Positions 54,600-63,945 of a stretch of DNA of 64,000 nucleotides are shown in pieces; position 1 is the first letter of the stretch; every line of letters begins with the position of its first letter. This DNA comes from a virus. The notes beneath the pieces were generated by a model. That model ran no database searches, was not told the origin of the DNA, and was given only the letters and a program-made list of their open reading frames with translations. Both the position numbers and the translations under genes were made by a program. The stretch lies in the IMG/VR virus record IMGVR_UViG_3300025030_000093, positions 2,507-66,506 of that record. The stretch is one strand, 5' to 3'.

Positions 54600-54810
54600 T
54601 CTATCCTCCTACGGTAAAATAAAAAAGAAAATCAAAACAGTAGCGACATTTCGACAAAGGGTTGGGTCCCTCCGCGCCTTGCCACAGCACCGCGCCCCCC
54701 CGGTGGCCTCGGCCTGTCCGGGAAAAGGAGTCTCTTTTAGTTTTTCGGGAGTTTCCGGCACGGCTTCCAGCTTGATTAGGTGAACTAACGCAGGTTTATT
54801 TGACGTGGAC

Positions 54811-54839
54811 AATATAAGCATAAAGGGCTTAAAATGCAA
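54811..54839 (-). promoter_or_regulatory. sigma70-like leftward promoter
   Basis: TTGCAT-17 bp-TATATT. Confidence 0.6.
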
Positions 54840-55114
54840 GATACTTGATAAAGGCGGCTATACATGAACAATCTAAGCCCCTAGGAGGCGCAAGGCAGCA
54901 CGATCCGGGCGCAAGGCTTGTGCAGACACCTTGCCTTATTATCAAACTTGCCTATATATTCTCAAAGTACAAGGTATTGTCAAGCTTGGCTATCAAGCTC
55001 TTATCTTGCCTTTTGCCTTATCTTTTGCATATTACAACACACCAGCTATTAAGTTATTAGAGACACAAAAGACTAAAGGCAGTACATATAAGGGGATAGC
55101 CAAGATACAAGTGT

Positions 55115-55130
55115 TGGCATGATATATGCA
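55115..55130 (+). promoter_or_regulatory. sigma54-type (-24/-12) promoter motif 1
   Basis: TGGCATGATATATGCA, GG-N10-GC spacing, intergenic and correctly oriented. Confidence 0.6.
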
Positions 55131-55177
55131 ATATACAAGTTAGATATTTTACCCTAACTTTTATCCGGAGGCCCGCA

Positions 55178-55357
55178 ATGGTACTACTTGACCGCGAGAC
55201 GGCTAATCTGCTCCATGTTGCCCAGGCTATCCTAGCCCGTTTGGAGCTTGAGGCTCAAGAATCAAATAACGGTCAATTTACCTGCGCCGCGTTATTGCCG
55301 GATTTGCGGCGGGCGATTGCCAATTTTGTCAACGTGGATCAAATAGCCGTCAAATAA
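55178..55357 (+). CDS. early hypothetical protein (59 aa)
   Basis: GGAGG RBS. Confidence 0.6.
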   Translation: MVLLDRETANLLHVAQAILARLELEAQESNNGQFTCAALLPDLRRAIANFVNVDQIAVK

Positions 55358-55414
55358 GCCTTGTAACATACAACCATTAAGAAAGTCAACCTATCACTTA
55401 GCAGGAGCGGAAAA

Positions 55415-55600
55415 ATGACCAATTATCCTTTATCGGCGACAAGGCACTCGTACCTTAAGCTAGGGCGTGTTGACAATCGCACCTGGAGTTTTTTCGATTG
55501 TTCGACCGCTGACCCGGCGCGAGTTGGCCCGTATTACGGGACCAAGCTGGAGGCCATAGCAGACGCTGACCGCTATTTCGCGGAATACGGCGACAACTAA
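55415..55600 (+). CDS. early hypothetical protein
   Basis: AGGAG RBS; VGP.Y.TK.E motif. Confidence 0.65.
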   Translation: MTNYPLSATRHSYLKLGRVDNRTWSFFDCSTADPARVGPYYGTKLEAIADADRYFAEYGDN

Positions 55601-55638
55601 TCCTGCTGTAGCACAATTTGTAAGGAGCCGCATAAATC

Positions 55639-55872
55639 TTGATATTTAACAAGGGGCTGAACGTGGACAACAAGGATAAATCCTTTGTCGCAGGATACAA
55701 GGCCGTCAAAAACGGCCTGATTGACCGGGAATTAACAGCGCGGGAGATAGCAACGTATTATCGCGAACACGATGAAAGCACTTTTTACAACGGCATGATA
55801 GACGCGCTGAACAATGACAGCTACCGGTACAATCTGATAATTCACAAGTGGCAAACGCAATTAGCGTTATAA
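55639..55872 (+). CDS. early hypothetical protein
   Basis: ORF; start uncertain (AAGGAG before TTG or internal GTG). Confidence 0.55.
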   Translation: MIFNKGLNVDNKDKSFVAGYKAVKNGLIDRELTAREIATYYREHDESTFYNGMIDALNNDSYRYNLIIHKWQTQLAL

Positions 55873-55899
55873 CTCTTTTCCTTTATAGCAGTTCCTGGG

Positions 55900-55919
55900 T
55901 TATCCACCGGTTATCCACA
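55900..55919 (+). promoter_or_regulatory. tandem DnaA-box-like sites
   Basis: TTATCCACC and TTATCCACA with 11-bp period, intergenic. Confidence 0.45.
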
Positions 55920-55929
55920 AGGGGAGAAA

Positions 55930-56178
55930 ATGAAACGCATAACAAGGTTTTCTGGTTCAAAAACTCAAGAGGCCGCTTTATATTTTTACGAAGAACCGTT
56001 TTACGATAAGTCCATTTGTCGCCATTATCCGGCGGATTATGTCGGTAAGTTTGACGGTACAGTAGCGGCTTGTGCAAAATTCCTGCGGGATTGCAGGCGC
56101 AGTTGTAGACGGGCAGGCGGCAATATTACCAGGGACCCGGAGCAACTCCAAACTATAATCATCCACCGGAACAAATAG
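55930..56178 (+). CDS. early hypothetical protein
   Basis: GGGGAG RBS. Confidence 0.6.
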   Translation: MKRITRFSGSKTQEAALYFYEEPFYDKSICRHYPADYVGKFDGTVAACAKFLRDCRRSCRRAGGNITRDPEQLQTIIIHRNK

Positions 56179-56653
56179 CTAATTTGGACAATCGCTATCC
56201 GAATTGTCGCAAGACAATTAAGAATGACTCCTATTTGTAACGTCAAGTCATTGACCGACAATCTCTAACATAGAGGAATAACATGGAAAACAAAATTGAA
56301 AAAGCGTTAAAATGGCTCAAACAAGCTCAGTCCTGCCAGGATCGAGACGCCAAAGACATTTGTATTGAAGCTGCCGTTAACCAATTACTTGAGATCGAAT
56401 ACCTTGAATAGCGATACACTGAGATATAATGCGATATGTTGCAAGGTGCGATTTTGATTGACGGCGGATGACAGATAAGAATAGTTCTTAATTAGACCAT
56501 TTCAACCATAAGGCAAGGCTTTATAATACATAAAAGCATTTCTTTACAGCTTTTAATACTTTACTTACTAGTCTTTAATATATTTGAGTACAGAAAGACA
56601 AGTACAGTATTAAATAGGGTTCTTTATTTAAAATACTAACCCGGAGGCAGGAA

Positions 56654-56872
56654 ATGTCTAATACAGATTTGCAGGCAGCGGCTTGCGATAAGCTCAAGGG
56701 GTGGACTGTTATTGTTTCAGGCCGTGAACTGTATTTTAAAAGAAATGTAATGCTCGGTGATTTTTCCGTAAGCACGGAATACGTCAAGGTGCGTCTCAAC
56801 GGTACAATTATTTATCTTCCCGATTGGCAATTTGATTCAGACGGCTTTCCTGTTTTACCGAAAAACTTTTAG
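56654..56872 (+). CDS. early hypothetical protein
   Basis: GGAGG RBS. Confidence 0.65.
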   Translation: MSNTDLQAAACDKLKGWTVIVSGRELYFKRNVMLGDFSVSTEYVKVRLNGTIIYLPDWQFDSDGFPVLPKNF

Positions 56873-56988
56873 CTAAACCTTGCATTTCGCCTTGTTTCTT
56901 GCACTTTGCCTTATAATATATATAGTCTTTAATACAGGAGAAAAAGACAAGTACAAGAGATATATAAAGATACAAAGGCTTTGTATGT

Positions 56989-57004
56989 TGGCATACTTAA
57001 TGCA
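56989..57004 (+). promoter_or_regulatory. sigma54-type (-24/-12) promoter motif 2
   Basis: TGGCATACTTAATGCA, GG-N10-GC spacing. Confidence 0.6.
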
Positions 57005-57054
57005 ATAGGATATTTACAGCAGCAAGAAAGTCAACCTAAACCCCGGAGAAGACA

Positions 57055-57551
57055 ATGGACAGCATAGAAACAATCGAAGTTGACGGCTTGACCGTCAAGA
57101 TTTACCAGGACGAAGATATTGAAAGTCCCCGCAAGGAATGTGATAATTTCGGCAAAATGGCTTGCTGGCACTCCCGCTACAACCTAGGCGACGAACAGCC
57201 AAGCGAAAATCCGCCGGCCCCTTTTCGTGTCCCTGGGACAGCGGGCAAGTGGGCTTTATCTATGCCACGCCCGAAATGATCCGAAAAGAGTACAGCGTCA
57301 AGCGGATAACAAAGGCTATCCGCGAAAACGCCGGTCATGTACTCGAACAGGAAGTCTCAACATACGATCAATACCTGACCGGGGATGTTTACGGTTATGC
57401 CGTCGAGGACGAAAAGGGAGAAGACCTCGATTCGTGCTGGGGATTTTACGGCATGGATTATTGTATCGCACAGGCAACAGAACAAGCCAAATGGTACGCC
57501 GACAACCGCGTCAACGGGGCAATGATTGACGATTTACAGCTTGCCGTTTGA
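57055..57551 (+). pseudogene. split gene (frameshift or internal deletion) of a mobile-element protein family
   Basis: Frame 1 SPR..DNFG.M.CWH.RY.LGD; -1 frame PFSCPWDSGQVG.IY...E...YDQYL.G.VYG...DSCWGFYG. Confidence 0.7.
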
Positions 57552-57615
57552 CCCTTACACCTAACCGGGGCCGGGTCCGTACGACCGGCCCGGTAACTTA
57601 AAAGGAACGCCAATC

Positions 57616-58038
57616 ATGGATCGTCAACGGACCTGCAAGCAGCGTGTCCGCGCTCATTGTAAGTCAAGGCTCGCGGACTTGCGCCGGATGCTCAAGGCAA
57701 TGGCAAGCGATAACGATAACAAGCGGGATGCGGCTCTTGAGGAGTTTTCCGAATACGGCCTTTGCTTTGATTATGTAAAGGCAGAAACCGACTATAACCC
57801 GGATAAAGAGGGATATTTCCGCTATCAAATCTCCTATGGCGGGCCGTCCGATGAGTTCCGCTTTTTTACCGGTCCGGACTTCCGGCCTTACAAAATCGAA
57901 TACTGGTTCCTCGATTGGTTTGATGGTGCGTCGATCACACTGTCCGGCGCGGGTCTTGAATTACTGGAAAGAGTGTTTGATGACTTTAAAGATTGCGGAA
58001 CCGTTGAAAACGCCTATCAAGAGGCAATTAAAGCCTAG
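57616..58038 (+). CDS. early phage protein
   Basis: L.FDYV.......GY.RYQ.S.GGPSDE.RF......EYW..DWFDGA. Confidence 0.75.
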   Translation: MDRQRTCKQRVRAHCKSRLADLRRMLKAMASDNDNKRDAALEEFSEYGLCFDYVKAETDYNPDKEGYFRYQISYGGPSDEFRFFTGPDFRPYKIEYWFLDWFDGASITLSGAGLELLERVFDDFKDCGTVENAYQEAIKA

Positions 58039-58077
58039 CTTCCGGCAGCGTCAACACCGGCAACATGGAGGTAAGTA

Positions 58078-58290
58078 ATGGCAGCCTTGACGATTCACAA
58101 CTTCAAGCAGAAGATGGAAGAAAAATGCGCTAAACGTGGTATCTATGAGAATTTTGGGCAAAAAGAGATTAGAGACCTGAAAGACAGATACCATTACGAT
58201 TGTTACTCGCTTAATCCGGCGGTCAAGGAAATGGCCCGGCTGATTGACAAACTCAATGACTGGTGCATGGACTATACCGGGAGGGCTTAA
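58078..58290 (+). CDS. early hypothetical protein
   Basis: GGAGG RBS; YENFGQ.E.R.L motif. Confidence 0.7.
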   Translation: MAALTIHNFKQKMEEKCAKRGIYENFGQKEIRDLKDRYHYDCYSLNPAVKEMARLIDKLNDWCMDYTGRA

Positions 58291-58372
58291 CTATGCACTT
58301 TTACCTTGAGCTTGCCTGGTGGCTCTTAATGCTGTCAGTCCCGTTGATCGTTCACTATGGAGGCAAGATAAA

Positions 58373-58612
58373 ATGACTCGCAAGCAATTACGAAATAGAT
58401 TCAACTTTCTCAAAAAAGGCTTATCACAAAATCTGGCCGTAACGCTGGAAAAGGCGCTCAAGTCCGGGGCTTTAGACTTATCGAAATATGATGATGACTT
58501 TGAGCTTCCGAAGATTATCGTTACCGCTGCACTCCGCCGGGAAGCCTATCAATGGGCACCGCTGACGGAGGACGGTAAAGCCGAAGTCCGCAACCTCGAA
58601 CTTTTTATTTAA
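58373..58612 (+). CDS. early hypothetical protein
   Basis: GGAGG RBS; SGA.DL..Y...F.LPK. Confidence 0.65.
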   Translation: MTRKQLRNRFNFLKKGLSQNLAVTLEKALKSGALDLSKYDDDFELPKIIVTAALRREAYQWAPLTEDGKAEVRNLELFI

Positions 58613-58744
58613 GGAGTCTCGACAATGACCCTATCCCAGCTACTATACTTTATCGAGCTTGCCTCCAAGTGGGGCAAGTACCGGCTTGCAATCAAGCTGG
58701 CCGGAAAAGCAATTAAACTGACTAACCTTTAAAGGAGCCTTCCT

Positions 58745-58939
58745 ATGATTAAAGTCTCAGGATGCCGCGAATGTTATTTTTTTAATTACAACGAATGGGG
58801 GCCAAGTGCCTGTAACTTGAACCTCGAAGATGAAACCTTGACCGACCAAGTGGACAAACACACGGAAGATGATGGCCCACTTCCAGCTTCTTGTCCGCTC
58901 CGCAAGGGGCCGATAACCGTACAGCTAAAGGAGAAGTAA
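58745..58939 (+). CDS. small Cys-rich protein
   Basis: C..C.F...C...P..CPL; AAGGAG RBS. Confidence 0.65.
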   Translation: MIKVSGCRECYFFNYNEWGPSACNLNLEDETLTDQVDKHTEDDGPLPASCPLRKGPITVQLKEK

Positions 58940-58940
58940 A

Positions 58941-59153
58941 ATGTTATCAGAACTTAAAAATATTCTGTACTTCCGGGTTTTGTCTACTACGGCCAGCGAA
59001 AAAGGGTTCGAGGCAATCCAAGTTACCGAGGAAGTAAATGGATATGCCGTATGGTATTTAATTAAAGAAGATTGTAAAATAATGAAATTTTTTCCAGCCT
59101 TAATCAGCGCAAGGGAGGACGCGCTTGAATATGGCGTTGCGATAACCAAATGA
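58941..59153 (+). CDS. hypothetical protein
   Basis: AAGGAG RBS. Confidence 0.55.
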   Translation: MLSELKNILYFRVLSTTASEKGFEAIQVTEEVNGYAVWYLIKEDCKIMKFFPALISAREDALEYGVAITK

Positions 59154-59456
59154 CCCCTACCCGCAAACAGCTTGACCGTTTAGCCCCTGCTATGCGCGGC
59201 GGTATGCGGATAAGCCGTACCGCACCAGCGGGCGTTGACGCAAGGCGGGGCGACCTTGTCATGGTGTCGCAAGGCCAGTTTTTCAGCCTCTTTATCGTTA
59301 TCGACCGGGCGGGTCAAGTCCGGCAAAGGAAAGCGATTTTTAAATCCTAAACAACGGAGGCTTAATGTCCCGACTATATGACGCTGTAATATTTTTCTTT
59401 CTTCTTATCGTTTCAATCTGGCTGTGGTGGCAACTTAAAAAGGCGGAGAAACCATA

Positions 59457-59696
59457 ATGAAATTCAACATTGAAATTGACCTGCCGCACCCGGACGAATT
59501 TACTTTAGATGCGGCGATATTCGACCTGCCACAAGAAACAAGCTATGGCGATCCCAATGAAGGCAGTGTTGACTTTGAAAGCCTAGAAGGCGGCAACCCG
59601 ACTGACTTGCCCGATGAAGCAATCGCTTACAGCTACAAAATTACACCAAGCCCCGGACATATAAACCAGTTGAGAACCCCGATTAAGGAGTCCTAA
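59457..59696 (+). CDS. acidic hypothetical protein
   Basis: GGAG RBS; D/E-rich. Confidence 0.6.
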   Translation: MKFNIEIDLPHPDEFTLDAAIFDLPQETSYGDPNEGSVDFESLEGGNPTDLPDEAIAYSYKITPSPGHINQLRTPIKES

Positions 59697-59876
59697 TGCG
59701 CCAATCCAGCGTCTTAACCTTGCCCGCCGTTGACCAGTTTATCGCGGATAACGGCAGCCGGATATTCAGAACCGAAGCAGAACAACAGCCGTCATGTTCC
59801 TGGCTTGAGCTTGTACCAGACGTTAGTTCACCCGCGCCGGATGATGAAAATTCATGGCCGGGAATGGAGGCGTAAG

Positions 59877-60194
59877 ATGAACGGCTGGAAACGAAGTACA
59901 ATAAGCCTGTCAATGGCGGACGGCACACAATCAACAGTACCCGCGCTGGTTAAAGGCGGCTTGGCTGTACACGGCAAGGAAGGTTGGTATAAAATCAGCC
60001 ACGCGCCCAGCGGTTTTTGCTTGGCAGATTACAAGAAAGAGCCATTAAGGCGGATGGAGGCCATTGATAGGGCGGAGCAACTTTTAGCGTTGGCGGACTG
60101 GAATAAAACCGCCGATGAGATAGTCAAGGCGCTTGAAGCCAATCACAATCAATTATACCATGAAGCCCTGCGTATTGTATGGGCCAAGTGGTAA
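59877..60194 (+). CDS. hypothetical protein
   Basis: GGAGG RBS; LAVH....W.ISH.PSG motif. Confidence 0.65.
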   Translation: MNGWKRSTISLSMADGTQSTVPALVKGGLAVHGKEGWYKISHAPSGFCLADYKKEPLRRMEAIDRAEQLLALADWNKTADEIVKALEANHNQLYHEALRIVWAKW

Positions 60195-60208
60195 ACGGGA
60201 GGAGCAAG

Positions 60209-60385
60209 ATGAGCTTACAAAAATACCTCAATGAAAAGATGGAGTACGGAGGAGAATTATGGCCGCGAGGTAAAGTCATTCAAGACTTAAAAAGAAAAGG
60301 GGCCACGCGAAAACAAATCGATATGTACCTGATTGGCGCAGAAAAAAGAAAACAAATCAGGGAGGCCGAATGTTCGAGCGAATAA
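60209..60385 (+). CDS. hypothetical protein
   Basis: GGAGGAG RBS. Confidence 0.6.
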   Translation: MSLQKYLNEKMEYGGELWPRGKVIQDLKRKGATRKQIDMYLIGAEKRKQIREAECSSE

Positions 60386-60637
60386 TCCTGATCGGATTCT
60401 TACTGTTGTTAATCTGGTCTGCCGTCTGCGGCGTGTTCGATATTGACAAATAGGAGGAAAAATGAACGACGCTCAAAAAATAGCTGAGGGTAAACTACTT
60501 GGCTTGGGCTATAAGCCATTCGATCAAGCGCAGTTTGATTATGAATGGCCTTATTATTATCGCAAAGGAGAAACCATTGTCCGTGTTGACGAAAACGGCA
60601 AGGCAACGCCACTTCCACGCATTGAAAGGACTAAGCC

Positions 60638-60913
60638 ATGAAAACCTACACGGTGATCGACAATGAAACAGGCAGGACATTGACGGGCACGGCTATAATT
60701 CTCGGATATTGGGATCGGGAAAGCATTGCAGAACGCTTAATGGACTACGAGGACACGGACGGGGGGCCGCAGCCAACACCGGAACTGATCGACAAGACTT
60801 GCGAAGCAGTGATACGGATTTACGAGCAGTTCGGCGACTTCCCGGACGCGAAGGAAATTATTGTCGAGTACAGACACTTGAGACGAATGAAGGCCGACGC
60901 GAAACCTTTCTGA
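60638..60913 (+). CDS. hypothetical protein
   Basis: AAGGA RBS, ATGA overlap. Confidence 0.6.
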   Translation: MKTYTVIDNETGRTLTGTAIILGYWDRESIAERLMDYEDTDGGPQPTPELIDKTCEAVIRIYEQFGDFPDAKEIIVEYRHLRRMKADAKPF

Positions 60914-60942
60914 AGCCACTAAGCCACTAACAAGGAACAAAA

Positions 60943-61146
60943 ATGACTAAGCGAGATCGACTAAGAGCCGAAGCCCGCAAAGCCGCTACTTGGCGCGGGC
61001 ATAAACTTTCCCCTTTTAATCTTGACGATTATGCCATTTGCCTCAATCCGGGCTGTACCGCCCAAGTAATGATCGAGACAAATCCGGCCCCAAATAGCAC
61101 CGATATTGCAGGCAGGGCCGTTGCCATGAACTGCCCATGTAGATAA
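60943..61146 (+). CDS. small Cys-containing protein
   Basis: RGH.L...C...C...G.AVA.NC; AAGGA RBS. Confidence 0.65.
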   Translation: MTKRDRLRAEARKAATWRGHKLSPFNLDDYAICLNPGCTAQVMIETNPAPNSTDIAGRAVAMNCPCR

Positions 61147-61161
61147 TCATTCACCTGAACC

Positions 61162-61187
61162 AGCCCGGCCAGCAACCGGGCTTTTTT
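61162..61187 (+). terminator. intrinsic terminator ending early island
   Basis: AGCCCGG-CCAGCAA-CCGGGCT-TTTTT. Confidence 0.75.
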
Positions 61188-61472
61188 ATTGCCAGTCAGC
61201 GGCTAAACCAGTAAGAAATATTACCGTGTTTTTCTTACAAATTGTCGGTACTTATTCACAACTGCCGACAATTTGAATCAGCGCGGTCGATTTTGACCAT
61301 GCTTGTAGCCGCCCGCATAGCCGAGAACATAGATCGCCGCAACAAGGGCCAGTATTATTATAGTTTCCATATACTTACAGCCCCTTTGCTCATTATTCTC
61401 AAACAGCCCAGCCATATCCCGCCAAGGGTAAGGGGGGCGTCGTAAACAAAACGCTATGTACATACGTCTCGG

Positions 61473-61823
61473 TTAGCGAGAAACCCTATGTTTGAGTGCC
61501 GCCCTTAGCTTGCTCTTGTGTTCCTCACTCATTTCTCTTTTTCTAAAAGGATTATTCCCGGCCCGATAATGCCACAAAGAACAGTCCTTAAACTTGCAGG
61601 CCGTTACTTCCGCCGGGCTGTACGTTGAACAATCAAGGCACTTGGCCCGGATAGGTTTCATTAATCCGCCCTTACCCCTTGAGCCTTTGCCGTAGCGGAG
61701 CGGCCACAAGCTGCAATCCGTGGCCGTGCATTGCTGTACTTCTGAATAACTGTCATTGCAACACCAGAGGCAATAAGCTCTCACGCTTTTCAAGGGCGTC
61801 TTTAAATCTTCAGGCTTGTCCAT
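61473..61823 (-). CDS. Cys-rich protein with duplicated zinc module
   Basis: Two copies of K..RA.CL.C.......EV..C...DC.LW..R.G. Confidence 0.75.
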   Translation of the reverse strand: MDKPEDLKTPLKSVRAYCLWCCNDSYSEVQQCTATDCSLWPLRYGKGSRGKGGLMKPIRAKCLDCSTYSPAEVTACKFKDCSLWHYRAGNNPFRKREMSEEHKSKLRAALKHRVSR

Positions 61824-63141
61824 TGTCCGCCTCCTTATATTGCCTTGACTTGTACTCGGTCGCCGCCGATAGGTAATGCTCGGTCGGATTGAAAGAAGTT
61901 ATCAGTCTGTTGTCGTGCTGGTGAATCAGCTTGACTTCTTTTTCTTCCCCTGGATTGCCGGTCAGGCAGTCCCGGTTTTTCTTTATCCTGACATGGAGAA
62001 TGAACTCCGTATCAAGCGAGTCCAGGTTTTTTACGCCGCACTTCCACGGCAGGACGGTACTCAGTATGATCGAGCTTGCCATTTTAATTTCGCCGGAGCC
62101 GCGCATTTTATCTAATGTCGGATTCAGTAAATGTTCCTGTATATCCGTCTGGCTCTTACGCATTTGCGCTACAATAATAATCCAGATTGATTCTCTTTGA
62201 GCAAGGTCGCGCAAATTCCGCATGGCATAGCGGATAAATTCGTTCTCGTTTTCGGCAAGGCTCTTTGTCAACGCCGGTATGGTCTGGATATAGTCAACCA
62301 CAATACCGTCAAGGCCGCGCTTGATCTTGATTGCCTTCACCTGTGCGGCCAGGGCCTCCAACGCTGGCGGCTGGCGACTGATCCAGAGATTGCCTTCCGG
62401 TATTTCGGCGTACTGGTCAACGTCCGATACCATACGCGCCACCTCGATAGGCTGCTGTTCGTAATTATAAACCGCTATCCGCTTCTGCTTGGCCCACCGC
62501 GCCACAAGGTTCATACACAAGGTCGTTTTTTTGGAGCCGGTATCACCGTAGATTGTCATTAACTGGCCCGGCCTCAAGTCGATATGCTTGTCCAGTTCAG
62601 TAAAGCCGGTAAGCAGGCCGCGCTTCTGTTCGATCTCACCGGCGGATTCGGCAAGGCAAGCTTGATACTCCACCAAATCAGAATGTCCAGCCGCCTGTTC
62701 TTTATGATACCGATCTTCCAAGATTGCAAGGTGTGTTTCAAGTTCGTCTAATGACTCCGCGTAATTATCTTCCAGCGCCGACAACATTTTCCGCGCCTCG
62801 GCTATCAGCCTGTCCTGGCTATGGCGGAGAACGACAAGGCGAATACTGGACTCAAGTTCCACCGGAACAACATAACCTTCCGCCAACTTGAACACGCCTT
62901 GCATATCAAGCAACGGATTGTCCCGCTGCTGTAGCTCCCGCGCTACCTCGACCGGCGTAACGTCAATGTTCTTTGCGGAAAGTTCGGCCAGAATTGCAAA
63001 GACGGCGCGGTAAACGCCGCTTGCGAAAAAAGGCGGCCTTAATGCCTCGACCGCGAGCACAAGCGATACCTTGTCGCTCATGGCCGCGTTGAGAATGTTC
63101 CTCTCCGCTATGTCCCGCGCCTGGTCGAATCGCTCAGTCAA
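61810..63141 (-). CDS. dnaB: DnaB-like replicative helicase
   Basis: TGF.ELD, GDTGSKKT, VVDYIQ, L..LA......AQ, RGSG.I, KNR. Confidence 0.85.
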   Translation of the reverse strand: MTERFDQARDIAERNILNAAMSDKVSLVLAVEALRPPFFASGVYRAVFAILAELSAKNIDVTPVEVARELQQRDNPLLDMQGVFKLAEGYVVPVELESSIRLVVLRHSQDRLIAEARKMLSALEDNYAESLDELETHLAILEDRYHKEQAAGHSDLVEYQACLAESAGEIEQKRGLLTGFTELDKHIDLRPGQLMTIYGDTGSKKTTLCMNLVARWAKQKRIAVYNYEQQPIEVARMVSDVDQYAEIPEGNLWISRQPPALEALAAQVKAIKIKRGLDGIVVDYIQTIPALTKSLAENENEFIRYAMRNLRDLAQRESIWIIIVAQMRKSQTDIQEHLLNPTLDKMRGSGEIKMASSIILSTVLPWKCGVKNLDSLDTEFILHVRIKKNRDCLTGNPGEEKEVKLIHQHDNRLITSFNPTEHYLSAATEYKSRQYKEADNGQA

Positions 63142-63150
63142 GCTTTCCTC

Positions 63151-63945
63151 CTATGGACACTGTGTACACTTGGATAGTGCGGACGGATAACGCTTACCAC
63201 AAGACTTGCAGGTGTTTAAAGACTCATAAGAAAGAGGCTGCTGGCCCCATTGCTGGCCTTCGTTGTAATGCGGTTCGTTCCAGCATTTATTGTTAAACCA
63301 CGTCTCAAAGTTTTTCCAGTTAGGCCACCATTCAGAGGCATAAACAATCCTCAGTCGCTTTTCTTCTACAATCCAAGCCAGTATTTTATCTATTGTTTCT
63401 TGGCTTGGCTTGGCCTTTATCCATTTTGCGAGACTTTTTTGCTTCCCCTGCTTGTTCGGATAGGACGACCAAACAGGCTCAAACTGATCTAGTATTTCTT
63501 TTTCTTTTATTTTCTTTACTTTACTTTGCGGATTTCCGTCACCGGATATTGAGTTTCCGTCACCGGATATTGCCTTAAGCTGAGGTTTATCCGGCGGTAA
63601 CGCGGTTCTTTTCTTATATGCCTCAGAGATTCGAGACATAAAGTTATCAGACCAGATAAGTTTTTGTGACCATAAATTAGCGTCTATCGCACCTAACTTT
63701 GACAGAGTATCCAATATGTTGCAACATTTTTGCCAGTCAACTAGCAAATAAGCGGATAAGTATTCTTGGTTTTCAGGTGAACTACAATCAAATTGGTGAC
63801 CCTCGGTGTGTCCTAAGATTTCAAGAATTTGAAACCACGCCGCATAGCCATCGTTGCCATACTTACTTTTTAAAATAAAAATTGTCTTGCCGTGCTTTGT
63901 GTCGTGAGGGAAATAGTCAACAGTCGCCTTGGTTGGCCGAGCCAT
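63151..63945 (-). CDS. phage replication initiator (Lin1244/DUF4373-like N-terminus)
   Basis: MARP.K...DYFPHD, YG..GYA.WF.ILE; F...W..YP.K..K..A...W C-terminal domain. Confidence 0.85.
   Translation of the reverse strand: MARPTKATVDYFPHDTKHGKTIFILKSKYGNDGYAAWFQILEILGHTEGHQFDCSSPENQEYLSAYLLVDWQKCCNILDTLSKLGAIDANLWSQKLIWSDNFMSRISEAYKKRTALPPDKPQLKAISGDGNSISGDGNPQSKVKKIKEKEILDQFEPVWSSYPNKQGKQKSLAKWIKAKPSQETIDKILAWIVEEKRLRIVYASEWWPNWKNFETWFNNKCWNEPHYNEGQQWGQQPLSYESLNTCKSCGKRYPSALSKCTQCP
63533..63572. repeat. 19-bp direct repeat (iteron-like) next to A/T-rich tract; candidate origin
   Basis: TTTCCGTCACCGGATATTG twice, 21-bp period; T-rich tract at about 63494-63527. Confidence 0.6.
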
